Positions 50,883 through 62,774 of a DNA stretch of 64,000 bases are shown here, one piece after another. Within the stretch, counting starts at the first letter, position 1. The number at the start of each line of letters is the position of its first letter. The stretch spans positions 71,984,001 to 72,048,000 of the forward strand of contig NC_086097.1 of NCBI RefSeq assembly GCF_963921235.1, given 5' to 3'. The stretch is from Mobula hypostoma (lineage: Eukaryota). Below the pieces are notes generated by a model that searched no databases, was not told where the DNA came from, and saw nothing but the letters and a program-made list of their open reading frames with translations. Position numbers and translations under genes: made by a program.

Positions 50883-52367
50883 CAACATGGTTGGCAATGG
50901 AGTTGAACTCTCATAAGGATTTCTCCATTTCCGCACTTTTTGGATCCACACTTCCTTATCATTTGCCTAAACTAATTGTTAATTCTCTCATTAGACATAC
51001 TCTAAGAATATGGGCTCAGTTCAGAAAACATTATAGTCTTCATGGTTTCTCCCCCTCTAGTCCTATCTTTCATAATCATCTTTTCCGACCTTCTACGCAA
51101 GACTTAACTTTTCCTGATTGGTACAGAAACGGCATCAGGTGTTTTAAAGATCTTTTCATAGACAATTGTTTTGCAACTTTTGAACAACTGTCTGCAAAGT
51201 TTAATCTACCTAATACTCATTTCTCTAGATATCTTCAAATCAGACATTTTATTATCCCTTTAATACCAAATTTTCCTGAGGTGCCCGAAAAAAATGTTGC
51301 GGACTTGTTTCTTTGTATAAACCCACTGGGTAAAAGTTTAATATCTACTATTCATGATGAGTTAGTGACCTTGAGGAGTGCCCCCTTTGATAAAATCAGA
51401 ACTGCTTGGGAGCATGACTTAAATATTTCTCTGTCCAACAAGGTTTGGGATTCAATTCTTAAGTTAGTTAACTCAACCTCTTTATGTGCTCGCCACTGCC
51501 TTCTGCAGTTCAAGGTTGTACGTAGGGCTCATATATCTAAAACCAAATTATTGCGCTTCTATTTTGATATTAGTCCCTTTTGTGACAAGTGTGAAGTGGG
51601 CAAGGCTTCTCTTATCCATATGTATTGGGCTTGTCCTAGTTTGGAGAAATTTTGGAGAGATGTCTTTTTAACTTTATCTCATATCCTTAATTGCCACTTA
51701 GAACCCAACTCTTTGATTGCTCTTTTTGGCATTTTGGGTGAAGTTGACACGCGTTTGAGTCCGACTAAATGTCGAACATTCTCTTTTACCTCTCTTTTGG
51801 CTAGACGCTTAGTTCTTCTTAGGTGGAGAGATGTTGCCCCACCCACTCATGCTCAATGGCTTATAGACGTTATGTCCTGCTTAGCCCTTAAAAAGATTCA
51901 TTATTTACTTCTTAATTCGGACATAAAGTTCCACAAGGTGTGGCGACCTTTTCTTGAATATTTTCATAACTCCTCCTTAGATTAAGGGTTTATCTTCCTT
52001 TTTCATTCAGTACTTTAATCCCTTACATCCAGCTTTCTTTTCTGGTTAACTTCTACGGTTTTTTTTATGATGTGAAATGCATTATAGTTTAGGTAGTAGG
52101 CAATACACTTTTTAAAAAAATCTTCACAGCTCTGTGGTGACAAAAGCTCTGATTAACTTTTCTTTATATCATAATTGTTGGCTTGGAGTCACATAGTGGG
52201 TGGGTGGGGAGCAAACTAACTTTATATGATTTAACTGCGGGTGCTTTTTCTTTACTGTTATGAATTGTACACCAGGCACGTTGGTTTTGCACTGTATAAG
52301 TCTCCTTTTTGTTGGTGGGTTTCTTTTGTTGCAATGTAGAAACTCATAAAAAAATTAATTTAAAAAA
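50883..52367 (+). mobile_element. L1/Tx1-clade LINE, 5'-truncated, ORF2 C-terminus
   Basis: Open 364 aa frame with zf-RVT-type CDKC...HMYWACPSLEKFW; A-rich tail; TSD agaaataccatgtt/agcaataccatgtt (50869-50882, 52368-52381). Confidence 0.92.
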
Positions 52368-53479
52368 AGCAATACCATGTTTTCTTTTTATTTTGAATCC
52401 ACTAGCAATGGAAAATACCATGCTTTCCTAAGACATTAGTGCTTTTTAATAAGAAAGCATATGAATTTATGACCCTGATTTGCCGTTCAAAATTTGGCTG
52501 ATTGGAGTTGTTACCATTAAATGGGCAAAGACTGAAGTCCAACCTCTGATTCAGCTGTTCAGCAATCCCTAGGTACCATGCTATGTCGTTGGATTTCTCA
52601 TAGTGTCCAATCAAGAAACAGGGATGTTCACAGATACCCCAGGATGTTAACTGAGTGTGTACCAGGTTAGTCTGGAGATGTCCAATATGCTCATGATTTC
52701 AGTGGAAACAATTAAGTGTGAAGAGTGGAGAGATTAATTTTATTTTCTTCATGTCGACTCTTTTGATATAAATCTTTCTGATTTGTTTATAACTGAGCAT
52801 CTTTGCAGTTTTAAATTATAAAACACAATCTTATGTTTTTTTAAGAAGTACTTTTTATTTTTCAATATGACCTTTTGTGTTTTTGAATTTTTATGTATTC
52901 AGAAACATTCACGAGCTTTGCAATGAAGAAGTTTTGACTGACCAAAAAGCAGAATTTAACCGTTGGTCAAGATGGTATCTGGCTCCACTTCCTGCTACAG
53001 ATAGAGAAGCTGGCTGATCAAGTAGTATTGTGGAAGGCCCACCCACGGGTACACTGATATGCCTCCAGAGTAGGTGATGGCATGTATTCGGGCAGGAGAG
53101 AGCTCTTCTTCCCAACATCTTGGTGCACCTCCAACTCCCAATATTTCAGATTGAGTGTCTTTGATCAGTGCTGAACCTGAACTGGTTCCCCAGGTGTTTC
53201 CAGCATTTTCTGCTTTTCTTTCAGATTTTAAGTATCTGCAGTATTTTGGGTTTTCTCAACTCTAATTTGGTTATTTGTATGATAAAATCCAGACTTATGT
53301 AACAGAAACATCCCTTCAGACATGGAAAACAGTAACTGAAAATGTAAAGGGGTCTCAATTCATGAATGAATCCATTATGTTCATGCTGAACATTCTCTAA
53401 TTCTATTTGCCAGCTCTTTGTCCATAGCCTTCTGTATCTTGGCTCATCTAGATACTTCTTACATGTTGTAAGAATGTCT

Positions 53480-54214
53480 GTTTTCGGAATGGGAATGGGA
53501 AGTGGAATTGAAATAGATGCCCACTGGGAGATCCCGCTTTTCTAGTGGACGCAGCATAAGTGTTCGGTGAACCATCTCCCAATCTACATTGGGTTCTTAT
53601 TGATATAGAGGAGGCCACACCATGAGCATTGAATCTCCCAATGGCCACCCATTTTAATTCTCAGTCTCATTCCAATATGTCTATCTATGACCTTCTCCAC
53701 TGTCGTAATGAGGCCGCACTTAGGCTGGAAGAAAAACACTTTATATTCCGTTTGGGTAGCCTCTAACTTGATAGCATGAAAGCAATCTCTTGAACTTCCA
53801 GTAATGCCACCCCCCTCACCTTTCCCATTCCCTTTTTCCTCTCGCATTTTATCTCCTTGCCTGCTCATCGCCTTCCTCTGGTGCTCCTCCCCTTTCTCGT
53901 TCTTCCATAGTCTTTTGTCCTCTCCTATCAGACTGCCCCTTCTCCAGCCCTGTATCTCTTTCACCAATCAAATTCCCAGCTCTTTACTTCACCCTTCTCC
54001 TTCTGGTTTCACCTATCACATTGTGTTTCTCCCTCCCCCCAACCCCCACCTTTTAACTCTACCCCTCATCTTTTTCTCTCCAGTCCTGCTGAAGGGTCTC
54101 GGCCTGAAAAGTCGACTGTATTCTTTTCCATAGATGCTGCCTGGCCTGCTGAGTTCCTCCAGCATTTCGTGCTTGCTGCTTGGATTTCCAGCATCTGCAG
54201 ATTTTCTCATGTTT
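53480..54214 (+). mobile_element. Penelope-like 3' fragment with inverted 5' segment
   Basis: 53480-53630 is minus-strand GIY-YIG (CSWCGLLYIN); 53631-54214 is the plus-strand continuation with mutated hammerhead (54081-54118) and tail. Confidence 0.85.
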
Positions 54215-54690
54215 TTGAACTCCAGCTTGTTTGATAACTTTTATACCATAACTTTCCTGCTCTTATATTTTATGACTCATTAGTGACACTCAGGAGAGAA
54301 ATTGTTACATTTCATATCTGATCAAAGATCATTAACCTTGAATAATGAGAGTTGGTATTGAGGTAGCATGGTGACAAAGGGCTCCACTGACCAATAAATC
54401 AACCAAGCTTGTCATCACGTGTCCATAGATGATGACATATCTATCTGTGATGGCAACAATGCTATGTGCCTTCTTCAGCATTTGATCTACCTGTGTTGCC
54501 ATTTTCAGGGATCTTTGGACCTGCCCTCTCTTCCTCAATACTTCCTATGGTCATACTGTCAACATGTACTGTACGTTCTATCTTTATTAATTCACCTAAA
54601 GTGATCACCTCATTCTTACCATCTACCATTGCACTGCCCATCTTATAAACTGACCAATATCCATTAGCCTAAGATTAACTTCCATGCTAT

Positions 54691-55116
54691 TGTTAGAGCG
54701 AGTTCTGGGTTTAGGACATATACATTTATCAATTAATTTGGCTACCAGTCTTCACATCTGAGAATGTATTGTGGATTTAATTTGAAGTGACACTCTGAAC
54801 TCTGGGTTCCTAAAAGCCGCCAATCCCAGATCAGACAATGCTGATTAAAATTCATTTGGATGTCTGTGGTGTGGATGTGAATGGGGAGGTATGAAGGTTG
54901 TGTGCAGTTTCAAAGAAAGCATTGTCCATACATTGTAAATATGGAGTTGTCCTTTGATGTTTAACACATAAAATATGGAGCTCCTCGTTGGGCCAGCCAG
55001 ACCTTTCAACCAGAAGGGTCTCTATATGATGCCTGCTGTACCTAGTTTTGTCAAATAAAGAAGCTGCGTTATATCTATCCGTACTTTTCTCCAGTGACTT
55101 AATTCATGCAACAACA
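54691..55116 (+). mobile_element. Probable solo LTR (426 bp)
   Basis: tgtt...aaca termini, ctatatga TATA-like and aataaa signals, interrupts CR1; TSD not convincing. Confidence 0.55.
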
Positions 55117-55543
55117 CTTGTGGCAACACTCTAATTCTCTTGTCATTTGTGAATTGACTAACCATTTCCTACACTTGTATACACATCATTAATATACCCA
55201 ACAATGCTCAGGGTTCCAGTTCGAAGCTGGGACACCACGGATCACAAGCTTCCAATGACACAAACAGCTTCCCAACATCAGCCTTTAATCTTATTAACAA
55301 GACACCTTTGGATCCAATTTATCTTATTGTCTTGGATCACACACAGTAGGTATTACTCTTTTAGACCAGTTTCTTACCTAGCACTTTACATGGGAAACAT
55401 ATCAACGGCACTATTCCCATCAATAAACTTGTTAATTCTTCAAAAGATTCAATCAAATTGATCAGACACATCTCTCCTAATAAAATCATGCTGACTAAGT
55501 TTGATGAATCTCTGCCTTTACAAGTGCACATTTATCTTCAGGA

Positions 55544-58420
55544 CTGGTGAAGGCCAGATCGATGACACCACTATCGCCAACACTGGTTCCAATAATCCCT
55601 GGCAGATTCCAGAACCTGAATTCCACCGCCGTCAATGCCGGTTCCAAAGACCTCGGACAACTTCAGCCTGTTAATTTCATGGCCTCTAACTCTGGCTCCA
55701 GCCTGGACCTTGACCACCAGCACCTCCAGTCTGAGACTTTACACATTGCCGTCAGACCCCCAGTCTCTCTTTACACCAGCACCACTCTCCAGCCCTGTGT
55801 CTCTCAGGTGCCATTGTCAGCTCTTGGGTCCTTGGAGCCTCCATCTTCCTCCCATCTCACCTTCCCTGAACACCCCGATCCTCCACTCCCCTCTGGCACC
55901 ACTAACTCCCTTCCCCCTTCTGATCCCAGCTCTACTCTTTTCTGTGTCTTCTCAATTCCCTCCAATCTTCACCTCTCTGAGGCAAATCGTTCTGTCCTCA
56001 GTAAAGCCTCACCTTTGCCTCCCTTTGCCCACACCGCAGCGTGTTCTGCACCCACAACGAGGTTGAGCTCTTCTTTCATCAACTCCTTCTCTAAGCCCAT
56101 TCCTTTGGCAAGGATTCCATACCCTGAGCTCATAATCCCTTTTCCCATCTTCAACCCTTCTCTTCTTCTTGGACACCCCATTTTGGTTCTCTGCCTGTTG
56201 TAGATCTTTTCATTTCGAATTGCTTCAGCACTCCTTGCTCCTTCTTGAACCATCCCCCTCTGAACACACTGCCCTCCACTCTCTCCACACCAATCCCAAC
56301 CTTACCATCAAACCCACAGACAAAGGTGGTGCTGTTGTAATGTGGCGCACTGATCTCTACCTTGCTGAAGCCAGGCAGCAAACTCATACCTACCCCTTGA
56401 AGAGCATCAGGAAACTATCTCAGACACCATCAGTGATGCCAGCCACTCTGGAGAACTCCCATCCAATGCCACCAGACGCATAGTTCCCTTACGTCACACT
56501 GCTTGCTTCTACTTCCTACTTAAGATCTACAAACCTGCCCGGTCCTGCCCCACTGAACTCCTTGCCAGATCTCAATTCCATTCATTCCTCCTTGGTTCAG
56601 TCCCCTTCCCACCTACATCCGTGACACTTCTCATGCCCTCAATCTCCTCAGTAACTTTAAGTTCCCTGGTCCTGACCACTTCATCTTTACCATGGATAGT
56701 CAGTCCTTATACACTTCTATCCCACAGCAAGAATTCTTCAAGGTTCTCTGCTTCTCTCTTGATAAAAGAACCAACCAATCCCCCTCCACCACCATCCTCC
56801 ATCATCTGGTACTCACCCTGAACAATTATTCCCTCAGCTCCAACCACTTTCTCCAAACTCAAGGGGTAGCCATGGGCACTGGCACGGGCCCCAGCTGTGC
56901 CTGACTCTTCGTTGGCTGTGCAGAAAAGTCCATGTTTGAAGCTTTCCCAGTGCTGGCTCGAAGGGCTGAATGGCTACTCCTGCACCTATTGTCTATTGTC
57001 TTTAAAACTTCACTGAACACTGTATTGGTGCTGCTTCATGCGCCCATTCTGAGCTTGTCAATTTTACCTGCTTTGCCTCTAACTTCTACCCTGCCTCTAA
57101 GTTCACTTGGTCCATCTTTGACACCTCCCTCCCCTTTCTTGATCTCTTTGCCTCCACCTCTGGAGACAAACTGTCAGCCAACATCTGTTATAAACCACCT
57201 GATTCCCACAGTTATTTCAACTATACCTCTTCACACCTTATCTCCTATAAAACTGCTATTCCTTTTTCTCTGTTTCTTTCACTCCCCTGTATCTGTTCCC
57301 AGGATGTGGCTTTCCCTTCCAGAACATCAGAGATGTCCTCCTTCTTCAAAGGACAGGTTTTCCCTCCCTACACTATTAATGCAGCCCTCACCTGCAGCTC
57401 CTCCATTTCCTGTACATCTGCACTCACCCCATCTTCCTGCCACCTTAATAGCAATAGAGTTCCTCGAGTCCTAACCTACAACCCCAGCAGCCTCCATGTC
57501 CAACACATTTTACTCCGCAACTTCCAACATCTCCAAAGGGATCTTACCACTAAAAATATCTTTACCTCCCCCCCTCCATTTTCAGTAGGGATCACTCCCT
57601 CCATGTTTCCCTTGTCCATTTGTTCCTCCCCATTAATCTCCCTCCTAGCATTTATCCTTACAAGCAGCCTGAGTGCTTCACCTGCCCCTACACCTCCATT
57701 CAGGACCCCAAGCAGTCCTTCCAGGTGAGACATCACGTGAATTTGCTGAGGTCCTTTATTGTGTCTGGTGCTCCTGATGTGGTCTCCTGTACATTGGTGA
57801 GACCCATCGTAAATTGGGAGAACACTTCATCGAGCACCCCCGCAGCATCCACCACAAGTGGGTCTTCTCAGTGGCCAAACAATTTAATTTTGATTCCCAT
57901 TCCCGTCCTGATGTGTCGATCCTTGGCCTCTTGTATCAAGATGAGGCCACCCTCAGGGCAGAAGAGCAACATCTTGTATTTTGTCTGGGTATCCTCCAAC
58001 CTGATGGCATGAATATCAATTGCACCTTCTGGTAAAAAAAAATTACTCCACCCCCTCCTCTATTCCCCACTCTTACCTTTTACTTTTTCTCACCTGCATA
58101 TCACTACCCTCAGGCCCCCTCCTCCTTCCCTTTCTCCTATGGTCCACTCTCCTCTCCCGTCAGATTCCTTCTTCTCCAGACCTTGACCTTTTGCATCCAC
58201 CTGGCTTCACTTATCACCTTCCAGCTTGCCTCTTTACCCTCCCCCCCCCGCGATTTGATTATTCATCTTCCCACTCTTCTCAGTCCTGAAGAAGGGTCTC
58301 AGCCCGAAATGTCGAATGTTTATTCCTGTCCATAGATGCTGCCTGACCTGCTCAGATCCTCCAGCATTTTGTATGTGTTGCTTTGGATTTCCAGCATCTG
58401 CAGACTTTCTGGTGTTTATG
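55544..58420 (+). mobile_element. Penelope-like element, 2.9 kb (RT plus GIY-YIG plus terminal repeat), decayed
   Basis: TIKPTDKGGAVV, FTMDSQSLYTSIP, GVAMGTG, CGLLYIGET, EEQHLVFCLGILQPDGMNI; 14 bp TSD atttatcttcagga/atatatcgtcagga (55530-55543, 58421-58434). Confidence 0.92.
58281..58318 (+). ncRNA. Minimal hammerhead ribozyme motif, near intact
   Basis: cagtc CTGAAGA a ggg tctcag ccc GAAA tGTC gaatg; one stem I mismatch and stem III C>T. Confidence 0.6.
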
Positions 58421-60179
58421 ATATATCGTCAGGATTTTTTAAAATAACTTCCCTCCACCTACATTAGACACACAGGCCTGTAATTATCTGGCTTATCACA
58501 ACAGCCCCTATGGGGTAAAGATACCATAATTGTTGTCCTCCCTTTATCCTTACCTTTTCTATACTCACGATGGGCCACCTTGTTTTCAATTCTCTTTACA
58601 TATCTTTTCCTTCCCCCATCTCTTCTGCCAACCCTCAGTATTTCTTGACATCCAGGATTTCTTAGATCTACTGTCTTTATAGGAGCCTTTACAGGAACAT
58701 ATCAACCATGATTTATTTCACTTTTAAACTTCTCCCACCTGTTAACTATCAATTTACCTGCAAGTAGCTGCTGCCAGCCTACATTTGTCAGGTCCTATCT
58801 TATGATATTGAAATTGTCTTTCCCTCAATTCAATACCATACTTGTCACTTTTCATAACTACCCAGAAACATATAGACTCATGCCACTACCTCCCACTGAT
58901 ACTCCAACAGTCCTCAAGCTTAGGCCTGTACTGCCCCTTTTCTTGCAGAACTATCTGGTTACTCAGGCAAAATGGCTCTCCTGGATGCACGTGAAAACTT
59001 CAAGCCCAAGTTAAAATTAAGAAATTTGAGATCTGTTGTTGTCTTTAGCTGAGGTTTATATTCACACAGTGAACATTGATAGTCCATTGAAAGTTGATGT
59101 ACCTGCTGTGGGAAAGCTCTATTCTCTAGATAGGATCACAGCACCAGTGTAGTCTCTGAAATTCCATTGCCATTTTGTGGCAGGCTCTGTTGACACATAT
59201 CACTGAACATTAACATGTCAGATTGCCTGAGGTCTACTGGAGCAGATAAAGATGACCTCAAACGGCGCTGGCAAGTTGAACAATTAATCCTCCCAGTGTC
59301 TGATATTACCCTGGCAGTGAAGGGATCATGTGTGCCTGGCATCAATTTACCAGCCATCCTTGGCTTGATCCAATACTGATGCAAGCATGCCGGATTCTTT
59401 CCGAGTATTAAATACTTTCTCTGTTAATCTATGATGGAAAACTTAGCTGGATTTGACAAGCCTACATATCATCCTTCAAATACAAATACCTTTTGCAAGA
59501 GCTGTGACCTTCAATATTAGTGAATGCTTTGGAGTAGTATTTGCTTTATTTAAAGACATTACATGTTAAGATTGTAAAAGAACAAGATAGACTCTAAACT
59601 AAGTAACTAAAACTGGTGTATTTGCATGTTTTAAATAAAATAATCTGAACATTTGTAAGTAAGCAGTATGTGGGATGAAAGTTCCTTGCTGTTGCAGCTG
59701 GAATAAACAGCCTTGTTGGAAGCTGTTCCACCCTATAACTGTTATTGGAAATGGGACTTATCTAAAGCCCAACTCTAACAAAAGCCTACCTATTACATTA
59801 TACAATTGGTGACAATGATTAGTACCATTTTAAAAGATTTGGGGGAAAAATTAGGGTGGCACCCCCAAATCATGACCTTGTGTAAAGTACAGGTCAACAC
59901 ACAGGTAAACAAAAATAGCAGAAAACATGCCCTGGAGATTCACCTCCCAGCTGAATAACTGCATTAAGCATGAGTCCAGTGGTTTAGATCAAAGGGATCC
60001 AGGGAGAATTGTGTGCAGTTCTGTAGGCTTGCTGGACTGCAGTATTCATTTTATTACAGTTAAAAGAAACAATAAGATGAAACAATAAGACTGTGTAGCG
60101 ACTGCAAGATGATATTAAGCCAGACAGCTGATAATGAGCAAAAGCCTTTACCAACTTCTGAATTAACAAAGCCAAATTT

Positions 60180-61120
60180 TTCACTAAACTTAATTTGCTG
60201 ATGATTTACATGCAGCTGGATCTGGATGAGGATGGTCAGACATATTTCACAATAAATTAATTCAATTTTATTGGTAGACTTATTTGCCAAATTGAATCAA
60301 ATCCTCACCAAAGATGTACATTCCACCATGGACAAGATTCTGGAAAGGACTGACAATTGTTTGAGCAATAAAGATCATCTGTTTGTTGCTGAAGTACATG
60401 CAGAGGGAAATCATGTGCTGAAATACTGAAGTGAATTCACCCACAAGATATGTGCTTCAAATGGTGTATCCATGCCATTTCACACCAAGAGTTGGTGCAA
60501 CCTCAGTCTGAACGTAGATACTAATGGACTGAAAAATGTTGAAGACAATGTTGATGCTAAATTGATAACAAGGCATCCATAAAATGTTACAGAAAATTGT
60601 TCTTATATGGGAATAATTCAGCATATTTCAGATTCTTGCCTGATTTAGCCATTGTGTTCATATAAAATACTGAGAAATGAATCAGGGAGCATTTGATCTT
60701 GTAACGGCAGTTTGAAGAGCAAATCTCTCCTGGTTCACTGATGTGACAGGGGTCCTAAAGCCAACCAGCAATATTTCCATTTATGATAAAGTATAATCAT
60801 CAGCTATGCTATGCACAATGGGGAGGAACAATTTATAGCATTTGCTTCACATACTCTCCAAAATAGCAGAAGAAGCAGAAATTCAGAAACAAGAACTAGT
60901 AATTATTTTCACTGTGAAGAAACTTCATCACTTCCCACTGGGACAATCTGATGCCATTACCGATCACAAAATGATATTGGTAACCCTGGGTCCTGAACAA
61001 TAGTTCCATCAATGGTGGTTCAGGATGCAAAGTGAGCAGTTTTATTGTCGTACTATATTTTAAGTGATTGAATATTGCTTTGAAAATCAAAATGTAATAG
61101 CCAATGCACTACTCAAATTA
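60180..61120 (+). mobile_element. Ancient Gypsy (Mag-like) RT-RNase H remnant
   Basis: Collinear decayed motifs FH..MDKILE, PDLAIV, IAFASHTL, VKKLHH, ITDHK, RMQ, NVIANALLKL. Confidence 0.65.
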
Positions 61121-61194
61121 TCAATAAATCACCTAGTATTAATTTTCACATTGCTGTTTGTGTATGATTTGAAACACATATCAGACAAACTTAT

Positions 61195-62550
61195 AATATT
61201 TATTTATTGAAGTACAGCACCGAACCGGCCCATCTGGCCATTTGAGCAGTGCTGCCCAACAGCCCCTGATTTAACACTAGCCTAATGACAGGACAATTTA
61301 CAATGACCAATTAACGTAGCAACCAGTACGTCTTTGGTCTGTGGGAGGAGACCTATCACAGTGTGCATTGGCAATAATGGAATGCAAGTCTGGAGAAAAG
61401 ACAGACTCCCATGTAGAGATGGTAAACATAGGAATTCCAACAGGACATCAATGGCTCAACTGAGCGACACCGCAAGACAAAACATTCTCAAAACTAGGAC
61501 CCCACCATGAGCACTAAGGAGAGTCCACCAAAATAGTGCAGGTGACCCAGATTACCCAAGCCTATCAAAATAAACTTATCAAAGTTAAGCAATTACTGAT
61601 ACTAATTAAACAACAATTAACCAATTAAGGTGTTCCAGAAACCTCAGAGGCAGAAGCTCTCTGGCTCCCCGCACAGGCCTGGAGGGCTAATTACAGTACC
61701 TTTCTCCCTATGGCCTTCACTTGACCTGGGGATCTTGAGACAGGGTTGGAGAACTTCAGACAGACCTGATAAATCCGAGACAGGCATAGGTAACTCGAGA
61801 CATAAACCAAGGAAACATTGAATGAAACTTGGGGACATTGACTAAAACTTAGGAGCATTAAATATAACTCGTAAACATGGAATAAACCTTAGAAACATGG
61901 AAGTTCATGAGAGACCTTGTCAGCGTTGAGAACCATGGAAAAAGCCTTGAATGTAGACTAGAGAAGCTCAGAATGTAGATAAGAGAAACTCAAGCAAGAT
62001 TAGAAACAGTCAGAACAAAGACTCAAAATGTGGACTGATGTGCAAACTGCTGTTCAACTTCTGCTGGGTCCATTATATTACGGGATCCTTCTGTCAGTGT
62101 GCGTTAGCAATGATGGACTCCAAGTGCGGAGAAAAGACAGACTCCAACGTATAGACAGCAAACAGAGTTTATACATAGAATTTCCAACAGAAAAGCGATA
62201 CTGTACCGAGTAACACTGCAAGACAAAATATTCTCAAAACTAGGACCCCACAATAAGCACTAAGGAATGTCCTGAGTCTATTGAAATCAACTTAGCAAAG
62301 TTAAGCAGTTATGATAGTAGTTTAACAACAATTAAACATTTAAGGTGCTCTAGAAACCTTGGAGCCAGACACTCTCTAGCTCCCCATACAGGCCTGGAGA
62401 GCTCATTACAAGAATGGAGCACCCAGATAAAAGCCATACATTCCGGGGGAGACGTACGGACTCCATACAGATGACACTGGAATTAATCTCTGAACTACAA
62501 TGCCCTGAGCTATTCAAGTGTCGTGTTAACCACTACACTACCATGGTGCC
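61195..62550 (-). mobile_element. V-SINE/HE1-like SINE split by the mini LTR element
   Basis: gtctttggtctgtgggaggagacc | ggagcaccc...ggagacgtacggactccatacag, the reverse-complement V-domain, is continuous across the insert. Confidence 0.75.
61354..62410 (-). mobile_element. Non-autonomous mini LTR retrotransposon (TRIM-like, 1057 bp)
   Basis: Diverged direct repeats 61354-61695 and 62092-62410; 396 bp interior with gag-start relic ATGGACCCAGCAGAAG and PPT tagggagaaaggtac on the minus strand. Confidence 0.85.
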
Positions 62551-62611
62551 CAATATTGTACATAATAACTATAGACACTGGAATAATCTGTGATGCTAAT
62601 GTTTCAGTCCT

Positions 62612-62745
62612 GGGCACCACAGTGGCACAGTTGGTGACTCACAGTTTGAGCACAAGGAGTCTGATCCCACTTTATGTTTGGAGTTTGCAAGTTCTCTCTC
62701 TGACCACATAGACTTCCGCCAGGTGCTCCTGTTTCCTCCAAAGGT
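62612..62745 (+). mobile_element. Decayed V-SINE/HE1-like SINE 5' part
   Basis: cagtggcacagttggt A-box-like; tggagtttgcaagttctc...caggtgctcctgtttcctcc. Confidence 0.65.
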
Positions 62746-62774
62746 TAGAGTCATGGATTCTTACAGTGATAGAG

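Larger units (their letters stand above)
53380..58900 (-). mobile_element. Old CR1 LINE fragmented by three insertions (pieces about 53380-53480, 54230-54690, 55117-55543, 58435-58900)
   Basis: GQVQRSLKMATQVDQMLKKA relic and other CR1 RT-like segments continue across the insertions. Confidence 0.6.

Noticed and set aside
55547..56203. 218 aa Pro/Ser-rich ORF
   Set aside because: Lies inside the TSD-bounded Penelope element; frameshifted N-terminal relic
59136..59390. GC-richer block with short ORFs on both strands
   Set aside because: No recognisable homology or splice signals; could be a conserved non-coding element but cannot be supported from sequence alone
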